From NCBI RefSeq assembly GCF_964188315.1, contig NC_135656.1, positions 121,272,001-121,336,000 on the forward strand: a stretch of 64,000 bases of DNA. The letters run 5' to 3'. The notes below the pieces were generated by a model, which was given only the letters and a program-made list of their open reading frames with translations, was not told the origin of the DNA and did no database searches. The translations under genes and the position numbers were made by a program. Source of the DNA: Podarcis muralis (taxonomy: Eukaryota). This document shows positions 38,206 through 50,608 of the stretch, one piece after another (position 1 is the stretch's first letter; each line of letters opens with the position of its first letter).

Positions 38206-38806
38206 TCTCTGAATACCATTTGTTGCAGAACAAGACCACCAAAGGGCTCTTATCCCCATGCCCTGCTTGTGAGCTTCCCAAAGGTGTATGACCAGACACT
38301 TCAATATATGGGATGCTGGACTAGATGGGACTTCGTCTCATCTGGCTGCAGAGCTTTCCTAATGCTGTTGAGGCCAAACTTGCACACACACACACATCAA
38401 ACTTTGGCAATTCACCTGTGATTCATTGTAAACATGTTTTTCCTCAGTTCTGCACCTGCCACCCAAACTTCGCAATGACTAAAGTTTGTTGCAGTGTCAA
38501 ATTTATTCTCCTTATAATTATCAAAATCATAGCTATTTATTCCTGCCAAGATCAAGATATATTTCTGGAGGTTGCCAAGACAGCGCAATCAAGGACAGCA
38601 TGAGGTTATATCTAGCTCTGTGCCTGGGGAGAAAGGCTGATGTGGAGAATAGCTGATATGTCAGAGACAGTCTGAATGAATAGCTGAGGCAAGCCTGAAT
38701 GTTACCCATACTGGGAAAGTCACTGCAGCATTCCTATTGCAAGTGTTTTTGACTTCTGATTACCTGGCTGGGCAAGAGAAAGGAGCAGCCACAAGAGAAG
38801 TGTAGG

Positions 38807-39136
38807 TAAAGGTAAAGGGACCCCTGACCATTAGGTCCAGTCGCAAACAACTCTTGGGTTGCGGTGCTCATCTCGCTTTATTGGCCGAGGGAGTCGGAAT
38901 ATGCCCGCATGACTAAGCCACTTCTGGCGAACCAGAGCAGTGCACGGAAACGCAGTTTACCTTCCTGCTGGAGCGGTACCTATTTATCTACTTGCACTTT
39001 GATATGCTTTCGAACTGCTAGGTTGGCAGTAGCAGGAACTGAGCAACGGAACTTACACCGTCACGGGGATTCGAACCGCCGACCTTTTGATAGGCAAGCC
39101 CTAGGCTCTGTGGTTTAGACCACAGCACCACCCGCA
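38807..39136 (-). mobile_element. Sauria SINE immediately upstream of B2 start codon
   Basis: Near-identical to 14723-15052, with TSD TGTAGG. Confidence 0.9.
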
Positions 39137-39155
39137 TGTAGGAGGTACAGGCAAA

Positions 39156-42100
39156 ATGATTTCCCTCCTGCTTTTCTTGCTAATGACACATGGAGACTGC
39201 GAAAATCAAGGAAAAGTATGTCCCTTGAATCTGATCTGGGAAGAAAGTGAAACACAGAATTACGACCGGCCCGGGGACTTCATAATTGCTGGGATCATAT
39301 CTCCAAGTATGTTGACTGTAGAAGACCCATACATTTTTTCCCAGAATCCCTCAAAAAGGCTTGGATGGTAAGTAATTAGATGGCACTGGATGTCATGCTT
39401 CTCCAACACCACTCCAACAGTTTCTGCTTAATTCAAAAAAATAAAGGCAATTTTCCACTTTGAAGGCTGTGTTTTTTCTTTCTTTCTTTGCAATGGAATT
39501 TGCAATCTCCTAGTTTTTATTTTTAAGTGATAAATAGATTTACACCTTGTAACTAGGTGATCCTCAGATGAAGAGCGGTATATAAATTTAGTACATAAAT
39601 AATAAAAAATATATATTCCTTGTCTCAGCCCAAACTGCAAACATACATATCATTGTTTGGTGATGAGCTACTTTGAGAATGCCTAGAAATAACATTTGCT
39701 TTCTTTACATGGTGAATAGGTTTCTGACATTTTTTATTTGATGTTTCATTGCAGTTTTACACCTAGGTTCTACTGGCACATCTTGTCCTTCCTGTTCTCC
39801 ATTCAGGAGATCAACCTGAATTCCAGGTTCTTACCCAACATCTCCTTGGGCTACAACCTCTTTGAGAACTTTTTTGATGAAAGGATGACTTCTGCTGCCA
39901 TGCTAGACCTGCTTGCAGGAGGGCAAAGCAATACTCCAAACTATAACTGTGGAGAAAGGAATAACCTGCTGTCTGTTCTTGAAGGGGGCAATTCTGCCAT
40001 CTCGAAAGAGATTTCAGTCATGTCTGGGATCTACAAAATCCCACAGGTATGAAGGATAGGGACAAGAAATAAATTCCACTTTCTTTCCAGGAGAGTCAAT
40101 ATGGGAAATGAAAAAGTGAGAAAACCCTTAGTGATAGTAGATCTTTCTTCCAGAACCCACCAATCTGGCACTCTCCAAATATTTCAGACTAAAACTGCAA
40201 TCAAGCGCAGCAAGCACATTTTTTTCAGACAATAACAGATAATAAATAATAACAGACAATAAATACAGTATCTATTCCTTTTCCTGAAAATCAAACAAAT
40301 CACTAATCTATTTCTTTTATCAATAGATCAGTTATGGCTTTATGACTCAGACACTGGATGAGAAAACTGAAGTCCCCTTTGTCTACCAAATGGTCCCCAA
40401 GGGGGAAACTCAGTATTGGGGGATTGTCAAGTTGCTCCTGAATTTTGGATGGACATGGACTGGCCTCTTGGTTTCAGACAATGATAACGGAGAAAGGTTC
40501 TTGAGTGCCTTGACACCTCTGATGACGAACAATGGAATTTGCATTGCCATATTAAAAAGAATACCAGAATATAACTTAGATGTATATCTCATCCCAAGTG
40601 AACCATTTACCATATGGGACAAAGTCAAAATATTTGTTTACTATAAAAGCAGTCAAGGGGCATGGATTCAACTCATGATAATACAACAATTTCTTGAGAA
40701 ACAAATCGGGGGGAAAGTCTGGATCTCAACAGGTCTTCTAGACATTAATTCTGCTTTTCATAGTGCTCCTGATCTTTTCCAGTACATCCATGGATCTTTG
40801 TCCTTCATAATGAAGCCCCAACTAAGGAAAAGATACCAACCCTATGATCCATCTTCCAAACTCCTTATACAGTTTTGGGATAAAGCATTTCATTGTTTAT
40901 ATAGAAAGAACACATTGGCTGTAAAAGGTCGGACAAGATGCACAGAGAATGAGAAACTGGAGTTGCTGCCTGAAGAGGAGCTGGAGGGAGTCCTGGATCA
41001 AGACAGCTACATCACTTACTTCAGTGTCCAAGCTGTGGCTCAGGCTTTGAATGCTGCCTATTCATCCAGATCAAAGGTCATGCTGATGGCGAGTGGAGGA
41101 GACAGGCTGGAACGTCAAAGGCTACAGCCATGGCAGGTATTTCCTTTTCCTTGTTGCAAGTTGCTACTCATTTCCCCACCACTGGAATCAGATTTAGGGC
41201 TGAGATTTTTATTTCTTTTTGCTCCTTTTGGCGGAAAATCTCATTAGTGAGTCTTGTGGCAGAAGCAGACCTTTCTGCCTATTCTGGTTATGTCAGAACA
41301 GTCCCCCACCATCTTGTTCTTCCTCTCTGGCACCCTGAGAGAGATGCAGCCATCATAGCAGAAGTTGGTTCCTTCTCATCTTCCACTGTGTCTCTGCTGG
41401 GACTTGAAGCTGCTCATCAACTGTAGAACAGAAGGAATTTTTATTTCTATATTAATATCTAAACTTTTACATGATAAAATTGGCCTTTGTCAAAAGAGTG
41501 CAGGGCAGTTTAACAACTTGGATAGTATGAAACACACTGTAAAACTACAGAAAGAACATGAAAAGCAAAGAGCTTCTCAGCTTGTTGGAAAAGCTGTCGA
41601 AAGAAACAGATATTTTTTTTTTTCTAGCGGAATGGATGGGTATATCAGTGGAAGAAATGGCCAATACTGTACTGAACGCATTTAGAATGCGGGTCAATGC
41701 AACAAAAGCAAAGAGATTCACAGGTGACTGTTTGATTACTTTCAAAAATAAAGAAATGAGAGACAGGATCCTTCAAAGGAACAGAGAAAAGAGATTGAAT
41801 ATAGATGGGAATTACATAATTTTGTTTAAAGATATCCCAATTAGATTACTTAAAAAGAGAGACTCTTATAAACCCCTGGTGCAGACATTGAGGAAAAATA
41901 AGATTGAGTTCAGGTGGGAATTCCCGGAAGGGATATCATTTACATACAGAGGTAAAAGACATAAGCTTATAAACCAAGAAGAAACTGGGAAATTCCTTAG
42001 GAAATACAAGGAGCTAAAAACGGAGGAGCAAGAATTAGGGAGAGGAGAGAGGGCCCCATCAGGAGAACCAAGAGTGCTAGAGGAGGGAGAAGAGGAGGGG

Positions 42101-45100
42101 AGTGGGTCGGGAGAGGAAGAAGAAGAGGAAGTGGAAGATTCTGAGAATATATAACTGATAGGAAGATTCTAAAGAGTAACGAAAGGAAAAGCTAAGCATT
42201 ATGGGATTAAAAATTTGGAATTGGAACATAAATGGGATGAACGACAAAAAAAAGAGAAATAAAATTGAACAATGTTTGAAAAGGAAAAATTTGGACATTA
42301 TCTGTCTTCAGGAGACGCATGTGGCCAGAAAGCATAGAAAGGTGTTGATTAATAAACGGCTAGGAAATGAGTTTGAAACCCTGGATAGGGTAAAGAAAAG
42401 AGGTGTGGTACTGTATATTAGTAGTAAAATAGAAGCTAAAACAATGTTCAAAGATGAGGAAGGGAGGATGATAGGGGTTAATATCAACTGGCAAGGAGAA
42501 AAGATGCTGGTAGTAGGGATCTATGCCCCGAACGGTAGTAAAAATGAATTTTTTAAAAGATTAGAAGAAAAACTAATGGAGTATGTCGATCAAAAAATAA
42601 TCCTAATGGGGGATATGAATGCAGTCGTCTCGCCTGATATGGATAGACTTAGAGACGGAACAAACAGAGAGGGAAAACTACCAAAATCTTTTTTCGCCTT
42701 AGCGGAAAACTGCAGTTTAGTGGACATCTGGTGCCTCAGACACCCACTCGAGAAACAATTCACTTTCTATTCAGAACCTAACCAATCACTCTCACGAATA
42801 GACCAGATTTGGATCTCAAAAGATCTATGTCCAAGAGTTAAACTTATAGAAATAAGACCGAAAGTAATATCAGATCACAATCCATTAGAGATAGAACTAG
42901 AAAGCTTAGAGAAGAGACCCTTTAGATGGAGATTAAAGGACTATTTGTTAGATGATCAGAAAGTGGTGGAAACGGCAAAGGAAAAATTGACAGAGTACTT
43001 TAAGGATAACTGTGATAAAGGAACAAAAGAGAGCGTAATTTGGGATGCAAGTAAGGCAGTAATAAGAGGGTACTTCATACAACAGAATGCAATTAAAAAT
43101 AGAAATAGAGAGAAAAATAAAGAAGAGATCCTCAGACAGATAATGGCAAATGAACAAAAGTTAGTCCAGAAGCCTAACTGCCCAAAGACAAAAGAAAAAA
43201 TAAAAATACTGCAAACCCAGTTTGCCACAATAATAAACAGAGAGGTAGAGTGGAACATTAAAAGATTTAGACAAAGAAACTTTGAATTTGCGAACAAACC
43301 AGGGAAATGGCTTGCCTGGCAAATCAAAAAAAGGAAAGAGCAAGGGACAATCAATAAAATAATAACAGACGGGGAAGAAAGAACTGATCCCAGAGGAATA
43401 AGGAGTGAGTTTCTTAATTATTATAGAAATTTGTATAAAGATCAAGAGAGAGTTGCCCCAAGGAAGATAGAAAGATTCTTAAAGGAAAAAGGGGGACAAA
43501 AAATTCCAGCAGAAGGGAAACAAAGACTGAATACCCCAATTGAAAATGAGGAAATAGAGGAGGTAATTAGAGACCTAAAGAGGGGCAAAGCACCAGGCCC
43601 TGACGGATTTACTGCAGGATATTACAAAGAAATGAAATCTATTTTGGTGGGACCTTTGAAAAAGACTATGAACATCATCTTAAAGGAAGGAGAAATCCCA
43701 GAGACCTGGAAGGAAGCATACATCACGTTCCTCCCCAAACAAGACGCGGATTTAACCCAGGTTAAAAACTATAGACCAATCTCACTGCTGAACACGGATT
43801 ATAAGATATTCGCAGGAATCCTGGCAAAAAGGTTAAAAAATGTGTTAGTAGATATTATTCATACGGACCAGGCAGGATTCCTGCCAGGTCGGCAGATGAG
43901 GGATAATACAAGATATATTATTGATATGTTAGAATTTTTGTCTGTTAGGATTGATAAGCAAGTCACAATGATGTTTATTGACGCCAAAAAGGCGTTCGAT
44001 AATGTGATATGGAACTTTATGTTGAGAAATCTAGAATATATGGATGTAGGTAACAACTTCTTCAACGGGGTAAGGGCAATATATACTGAACAAAAGGCCA
44101 AACTGATTGTAAATGGTACGGTTACGGAAGAGATAAAAATAAGGAAGGGCACAAGACAGGGCTGTCCGCTCTCCCCGTTACTATTTATAACAGTGTTAGA
44201 AGTACTCTTAAACTCGATAAGACAAAATGGAAATATAAAAGGAGTAACGTTAGGAAAGAATGTGTATAAAACTAAGGCCTTTGCCGATGATTTGATAGTG
44301 ATGACAGAAGACCCTATAACCTCAGTAGAAGAAATCTTGAAGGAAATAGAATCATTTGGAGAAGTGGCTGGGTTTAAACTAAATAAGAAAAAAACAAAAA
44401 TGATATATAAAAACGTAGATTCAAGGACAATAGAGGCAATCCAACAGCAATCACAGATAGAGACGGTCAAAAAGGTCAAGTACCTCGGCATCTGGCTAAC
44501 ACCTAAAAATATAGACCTATATAAAAATAACTACGAGCCGATGTGGAGGGAAGTAAAGAGAGACTTAGAAAAATGGGGACGGTTAAAATTGTCAATGTGG
44601 GGAAGGATGAATATGATCAAGATGAATGTTTTATCAAGACTAATGTTCCTATTCCAGTCTATCCCTATAATAAAAGGGTGCAGGATTTTCAAAGAATGGC
44701 AAAGGACAATTTCGAGGTTTATATGGCAGGGCAAAAAACCCAGGATTCAATTTAAATTACTAACAGATGTAAAGGAAAGGGGGGGCTTTGCCCTGCCAGA
44801 CCTGAAATTATACTATGAGGCATCTTGCCTAAGTTGGTTAAAAGATTGGGTTAAATTGGAAAATACGGAGCTCCTCGATCTGGAGGGCTTCGATAACTAC
44901 TTTGGATGGCATGCCTATTTATGGAAGAACAAAATGAAAGCACATAAGGGGTTTGGTAATCATATATTTAGAGGACCGCTAATCGAAGTGTGGGAAAGAT
45001 ATAAAAATGTGTTAGAACCGAAAACACCACACTGGTTATCACCCCTTGAAATAACAAGCATAAAAACGATCAATATGAGAAGCAACTGGGCAACATATAA

Positions 45101-48100
45101 CCAGTTAGTTATCAAAGTGGATGGGAAATGGAGAACAAAACCTTATGAACAGATAAAAGAGTATGTTTACGATTGGCTTCATCACCAACAGATTAACCAG
45201 ATGCTTAGCAGAGACATCAAGGAAAGAGGTTATGCGGACAATGACTCGAAATTTCAGACGGAAATAATAAATAATAAAGTGAAAAACATATCCAAGTTGT
45301 ATAGGATGCTGCTAGACTGGAATTTAGCAGACGAGGAAGTTAAATCAGTGATGATCCGCTGGGCAAAAGATATAGGGCATAGTATACAATTCGAGGACTG
45401 GGAAAGATTATGGAGAGACGGGTTGAATTTTACGGCGTGTACTGTGATAAAGGAAAATGTCATGAAGATGGTTTACAGGTGGCACCTGACACCCATGAAA
45501 CTTTCAAAGATGTATAAGGTGGATAATAAGTGCTGGAGGTGTAAAGATGCAGTGGGCTCCTTTTACCACATGTGGTGGGAGTGTGGAAGGGTAAAGCTGT
45601 TTTGGGAGAAGGTTTATACCGAATTAAAAAAGATACTAAAGTACACGTTTGTAAAGAAACCAGAAATTTTCTTATTAGGGATGCTAAGACAAGAAATAAA
45701 AAAGGAGGATCGCAGATTGGTATACTATGCGGTAACAGCAGCAAGGGTTTTAATAGCTCAGAGGTGGAAACAGCAGGAAATCCCAACAACGGAGGAGTGG
45801 AGATCTAAACTATCGGAGTATGCAGAACTCGATAAATTAACAGGGAAAATTAGATATATAAAAGACCAAGTGTTCATTAAGGATTGGGGAAAGTACGCAG
45901 ATTATCTGGAAGGTATTAGTGATGGACAAATAACGCTAAAGGAATTTAAAGATGCACTGTGATAGACTACGGGTTATTGGGTAAGGAAAAGAGAGAACAA
46001 AATTGGAGACAATGACAATAACAATATAGAAGATGAAACGTGTAACTTTATTTATTGCTTCGAACGACTTGTGGCCAAGCTGAAGGAAGTCCTGAAAGAA
46101 ACAGCTATGTTATAGGAGATTGTAAAAACAATAATTATGTGTACCTTTTACTTGTTTCTTTTGTTTTTTCTGTATGTTCTTTCTTTTTTGTGTTGTTGTC
46201 TTTGTTATATGTGTGTTATCTTTGTTTTTCTTTTTATGGAATAATCAATAAAAAAGAATTTTTTAAAAAAAAGAAAGAAAGAAACAGATATTTTTTTAAA
46301 GGATTTATATTTAAATTATATTAACTGTTAAGAAATTTACCTCTATGCCAATAAATTAGCACAACCAAATGATAATGGGAGACGATGTCCTCCTTTGTGG
46401 CATTGTGCAAGTTCTACTGAGAGCGGCTACACTTTGAACGGAAAGGAGAAGTCTTCAATTTGCAGGCTTCCACATTATCTAGAATACTGAGCAACAAAAG
46501 TTTCAATCTCATGGGAGTATGTATGTGCAAATTCCCCCTACTTTCAGATAATTTTACCAGGCAGGGGGACTACTCTGAACAGCCACACATCCCACTCCTA
46601 CGCTCTTGGCTGTGAGGAGACCTGAGCAGCCCCTATTGACAAATAACCTTCCCTGGTGATACAGTGAGCAGCTGAGGAAATAGTGTTCTATTCATAAGGT
46701 AAGGGTCTAACTGTGCCCTAGGAGTGCCAACTTGGCCCCCGTGCCTGGGCCTGTAGGTGTCATGCAGCGTGCATGGCTCTGGCACCAAAATTTGTGGATG
46801 CCCGACCCCTTCATGGGGAATTTTGTAGGTGCTTGGACAACCAGGGCCCCATGGAGTTGGCATCTATGCTGTGCACTGATTTGTAGGACCATCTATGTTT
46901 AAAAAGTTTGGTATTTGTGCTATTTATTTTTTTTAAGAAGTATTTTCATTGTCTTTTGTATGTATCTTATTCCCGGGAAACCTTGTTATTTTATACAGTG
47001 AGTTGCCTACAAATGTTCTAATAAAGAAAAAGGAATGGCTGCAAAAGGCTCACGAGTCCAGATGAAATATGCACAGACCCCAATTCCTAGGCGATTAGAG
47101 CTCAAAGTGTAGAGGTCTGATATTCAACTTTTCTATTTTATAAATGCTGGTGTTTTTTAACTGCTCTTCCAGCTCCACCCTTTCTTAGGAGGACTCCAGT
47201 TTTTGAATACTTCCATGGGCAGCCTCAGATTGGATGAGAATGGGCAGATACCAGCCTACTATGACATTGAGAACTGGGTGATGTTTCCCAATAAGTCTCG
47301 TGTAAGAGTGCCGGTTGGGAGTGTAAGGAGAGACGGATCCACTGACATGAATTTCACAATCAACTCACAAGCCATTGTGTGGCCCAAGTGGTCTGAGAAG
47401 GTACGGCATACTACTTTATCCCACATTACATCTGTAATGGTCTAATCACTTACTGAATAATTCCAAGGGCACTTTGACTACAGCCCCTTGCACACCTGCT
47501 GGGGAGTAAGGGCTCATTGACACTTCCATTTGTGCCACAATGTGACTTACAAGTCCTGATCTGTGTCTGAGCAGGATTTTTGTTTTATGGTGTGTTTTTC
47601 TGCCAGCACTTTCCTGTGGAAACCTGAATTGCCATTTGCTTTGATTCACTGCTAAAATGTGGGTTTTCTTAGGAGAAGCACTGAGACAGACGGAAGGAAG
47701 GAAGGAAGGAAGGAAGGAAGGAAGGAAGGAAGGAAGGAAGGAAGGAAGGAAGGACTGCTTTGACATGGAGCTTTAAAGCATGGACCTGTGACTAGAAAGA
47801 TGGCCCAAAAGGAAGTGTGGATAAGTCCTAATCAGTGTAATGCAAGGTTTTCAAAAGTCAGCCCAGGGGGTGAATGAGAATCACGTCCAGACTTCAGGAA
47901 GTAAAGAGTGGAAAGGAGAGCTTTTGCTCCCTGGATATGGATGGCATCTCCTGACCTCAGTGCTTGGACAGTTAACAAGCATGGTGTTAGCTTTGGAAAA
48001 AGAATAATAAAGTAACCATAATTTAGGAGGCAGTTTTTGAAGTTGGAGTCTACAGGTGGTGGTATGTTTAACTGCTTTTCCCGTTGCTCTGTCCCAGCTG

Positions 48101-50279
48101 CTGCCAACCTAGCAGTTCAAAACCATATGAGTGCAAGTAGATTAATAAGTACCATTGCAGTGGGAATGTAAATAGTGTTTCTGTGCACTCTGGCACTCAT
48201 CACAGTGTCCTATTGCTCCAGAAGCGGTTTAGTCATGCTGCCACATGACCCAGAAAGCTGCCTGAGGACGAATGCCGGCTCCCTTGGCCTGAAAGTGGAG
48301 ATGAGCGCCACATCCCATAGTCAAATTTCACTGGACTTAACCATCTAGGGGTCCTTTGATTTTAACTTCATAAGTATGTTTTATTGCTGCTGTTTTGTTA
48401 TCACTGTCATTCTAGGATTTGTCATTTGCTTTTTGAATACTTTTGTATAGAATATGCAGACATAATTGTCTGAATAAGAAAGGAAACACACCAAAGATTT
48501 TTCCCTGCCATGTTGTCCTGCATCAAAATGCTTCCCTGGAAAAGTGCCTGGGGTCAGTGGGAATAGGGACCCTTGTTAGGTCCATTCCAAACTCCATAAA
48601 GGAATTACAGAGACACAAATAGTCTTGACACTTTCTGTTTGATGCATGTTCTCTATGTTTAGACTGTACCTAGCTCCAGGTGTACCAAAAGCTGTCAACC
48701 TGGATACGCCAAAGTGGTTCACGAAGGAAAGCCCGTTTGCTGCTATGCTTGTGCCCCATGTGCAGAAGGGACCATCTCTGCTCAGGAAGGTGGGTGAATA
48801 TAAACGGGAGCCCTTTTGAGAATAGAAATTGTGGAAACATTCACTTGGAGACACTTTCTGTGAAGAGTCAAAAGACATTTTTGAATGTGTCTCTTTTTTT
48901 GGCTTCTCTATTCATCTATGTTCATTGTAGGAAGTGGGTTGAAACAAAGAATGAAAAGGAACCAATTGGTGGTCTACAAATTAATGATCATGGTGAGGGC
49001 ATCCTCAGTGGTCAAATATATTATTTATATAAGGTAAAACCATTTATATAAGGTAAAACCATGGAACAGGACAGTATAAATTCAGCAAAAGCTGTACAAG
49101 AAGCACCTCTGTGGGAGGTCACTGCCTCTCAGCTTTACCTACATCGCAAGGTTGCTTGGGTGATAAAACTGAGAAACTTTTGAAAACCACCTCTATCATC
49201 ATGGAGGAAGGCAACAGTATAAGCAGAAATAAGCAAATGAAATAACCAATTTTGTCCACTCCTTTTTTAGACATTCCCCCCCGACCCTCCCTTATATGGA
49301 GACCTTTAACCCTAAAATGTCATAGAACATAGATGGTTATGGATTTAAATGACGCTAAAGCACTCCTTTTCCCTCCTTAGATGCAAAGAATTGCACCAAA
49401 TGTCCCGAAGATCAACATCCAAACAAGGGTCAAGTTCAATGCGTTCCCAAAAGTATCACCTTCCTGACCTATGAAGAAACTTTGGGGAGGGTTCTAGCTT
49501 CCATTGCTATCTTGCTGCTATTAATGACAAGCATTGTTTTAGGAATCTTCCTTAAATACAAAGAAACGTCCATAGTCAAGGCCAATAACCGGGACCTCTC
49601 CTACATCCTCCTTGTATCTCTCCTGCTGTCTTTTTCATCCTCCTTCCTATTCATTGGCCGGCCAAGGAAGGAGACCTGCCTTCTCCGACAAATGGTCTTC
49701 AGCATCATCTTCTCTCTTGCAGTCTCTTCTTTGTTGGCTAAAACCATCACTGTGGTGCTGGCCTTCATGGCCACAAAGCCAGGGAACAGAGTGAGGAGAT
49801 GGCTGGGGAAAAGTCTGGCCAACGCTGTTGTCATTTCCTGTTCCAGTGTCCAAGTTCTCATCTGCACCACCTGGCTGAGTACCTCTCCCCCATTCCCAGA
49901 GTCTGACATGCACTCCCAGCCTGCAGAGATTATCCTGCAATGCAATGAAGGGTCTGTGGCCATGTTTTATGGTTCCCTCAGCTACATGGGCTTCCTGGCT
50001 GCTATCTGCTTCGTGGTGGCTTTCCTAGCCAGGAAGCTGCCTGGGGCCTTCAATGAGGCCAAGCTGATCACCTTCAGCATGCTGGTCTTCTGCAGTGTTT
50101 GGGTGTCTTTTGTGCCCACCTACCTGAGCACCAAGGGGAAATACATGGTAGCTGTGCAGGTCTTCTCTATGTTGGCCTCCAGTGCTGGGCTTCTGGGCTG
50201 CATCTTCATCCCAAAGTGCTACATCATTATACTGAGACCTGATCTGAACACAAAGGAGCACTTGACAACAAAAACCTAA
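39156..50279 (+). CDS. Vomeronasal type-2 receptor, paralog B2, intact coding exons, 855 aa
   Basis: Exons 39156-39367, 39755-40046, 40327-41136, 47173-47400, 48663-48789, 49381-50279. Total 2568 nt. Intron 3 contains a 4.66-kb sense L1. Confidence 0.93.
41620..42154 (+). CDS. L1 ORF1 C-terminal part (5'-truncated)
   Basis: ..[46 protein letters not shown].. resembles the L1 ORF1 RRM/CTD region. It has an acidic tail and stops 46 bp before ORF2. Confidence 0.8.
42201..45962 (+). CDS. L1 ORF2p (APE endonuclease, reverse transcriptase, C-terminal Cys-rich domain), 1253 aa, uninterrupted
   Basis: EN motifs WNINGMN, LQETH, GDMN, SRIDQIW, SDHNP. RT motifs [27 protein letters not shown]-terminal CWRC..G..YHMWWEC. 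Confidence 0.97.
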   Translation: MGLKIWNWNINGMNDKKKRNKIEQCLKRKNLDIICLQETHVARKHRKVLINKRLGNEFETLDRVKKRGVVLYISSKIEAKTMFKDEEGRMIGVNINWQGEKMLVVGIYAPNGSKNEFFKRLEEKLMEYVDQKIILMGDMNAVVSPDMDRLRDGTNREGKLPKSFFALAENCSLVDIWCLRHPLEKQFTFYSEPNQSLSRIDQIWISKDLCPRVKLIEIRPKVISDHNPLEIELESLEKRPFRWRLKDYLLDDQKVVETAKEKLTEYFKDNCDKGTKESVIWDASKAVIRGYFIQQNAIKNRNREKNKEEILRQIMANEQKLVQKPNCPKTKEKIKILQTQFATIINREVEWNIKRFRQRNFEFANKPGKWLAWQIKKRKEQGTINKIITDGEERTDPRGIRSEFLNYYRNLYKDQERVAPRKIERFLKEKGGQKIPAEGKQRLNTPIENEEIEEVIRDLKRGKAPGPDGFTAGYYKEMKSILVGPLKKTMNIILKEGEIPETWKEAYITFLPKQDADLTQVKNYRPISLLNTDYKIFAGILAKRLKNVLVDIIHTDQAGFLPGRQMRDNTRYIIDMLEFLSVRIDKQVTMMFIDAKKAFDNVIWNFMLRNLEYMDVGNNFFNGVRAIYTEQKAKLIVNGTVTEEIKIRKGTRQGCPLSPLLFITVLEVLLNSIRQNGNIKGVTLGKNVYKTKAFADDLIVMTEDPITSVEEILKEIESFGEVAGFKLNKKKTKMIYKNVDSRTIEAIQQQSQIETVKKVKYLGIWLTPKNIDLYKNNYEPMWREVKRDLEKWGRLKLSMWGRMNMIKMNVLSRLMFLFQSIPIIKGCRIFKEWQRTISRFIWQGKKPRIQFKLLTDVKERGGFALPDLKLYYEASCLSWLKDWVKLENTELLDLEGFDNYFGWHAYLWKNKMKAHKGFGNHIFRGPLIEVWERYKNVLEPKTPHWLSPLEITSIKTINMRSNWATYNQLVIKVDGKWRTKPYEQIKEYVYDWLHHQQINQMLSRDIKERGYADNDSKFQTEIINNKVKNISKLYRMLLDWNLADEEVKSVMIRWAKDIGHSIQFEDWERLWRDGLNFTACTVIKENVMKMVYRWHLTPMKLSKMYKVDNKCWRCKDAVGSFYHMWWECGRVKLFWEKVYTELKKILKYTFVKKPEIFLLGMLRQEIKKEDRRLVYYAVTAARVLIAQRWKQQEIPTTEEWRSKLSEYAELDKLTGKIRYIKDQVFIKDWGKYADYLEGISDGQITLKEFKDAL
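47692..47751. repeat. (GGAA)n microsatellite
   Basis: Directly visible. A paralogous array lies at about 63590-63657. Confidence 0.97.
48088..48366 (+). mobile_element. Old, diverged Sauria SINE in B2 intron 4
   Basis: GCTGCCAACCTAGCAGTTCAAAA..GTGCAAGTAGA..GAGATGAGCGCCAC motifs. It is mostly deleted in B1 (about 21070-21100). Confidence 0.7.
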
Positions 50280-50608
50280 AGATGGCATCTGATTCTCCAG
50301 GCTATATAAAGGGATGGGTTCTGCTTCAAACAGAATATTAATCAAAAACAGTTAGTGTGAACTTAATTCAGGTGTGATACAGGACCTTGCGACATGTAGT
50401 GGACTTCAGGGTCCCTGTTATTATTCTAAAGTAGGAACTTACATACATTTACATAGCCTTTATCCTTTTCTCTTTTGCCAGGAGAAGGTTCACTATATAT
50501 ATATTTTAAAGCTTGTATACTTGCTAAAAGTTAGTGATGATGCTTTGATGTTGCTTGAGTTGCCTGAAGATGCTTCCCTGGTGGCTTTTGAGGGCTCAGA
50601 GTCTTGGA

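Larger units (their letters stand above)
41620..46276 (+). mobile_element. L1-clade LINE, 5'-truncated within ORF1, intact ORF2
   Basis: About 21-bp TSD GAAAGAAACAGATATTTTTTT at 41599-41619 and 46277-46297. AATAAA and A-rich tail at about 46247-46276. The site is empty in B1 and B3. Confidence 0.95.
26590..50608 (+). repeat. Segmental duplication unit 2 (V2R A2 + V2R B2)
   Basis: Colinear with 171-24131. Homology ends at TCTTGGA (24131 vs 50608). Confidence 0.9.

Noticed and set aside
41558-41619. Host-intron ATG in frame with truncated L1 ORF1 (198-aa ORF)
   Set aside because: The first ~20 codons are intron and TSD sequence also present in B1 and B3. This is a chance fusion with no promoter evidence.
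50280-50608. Possible 5' LTR of the copia element
   Set aside because: No similarity to 54385-54632, and the sequence is shared with the B1 3' flank.
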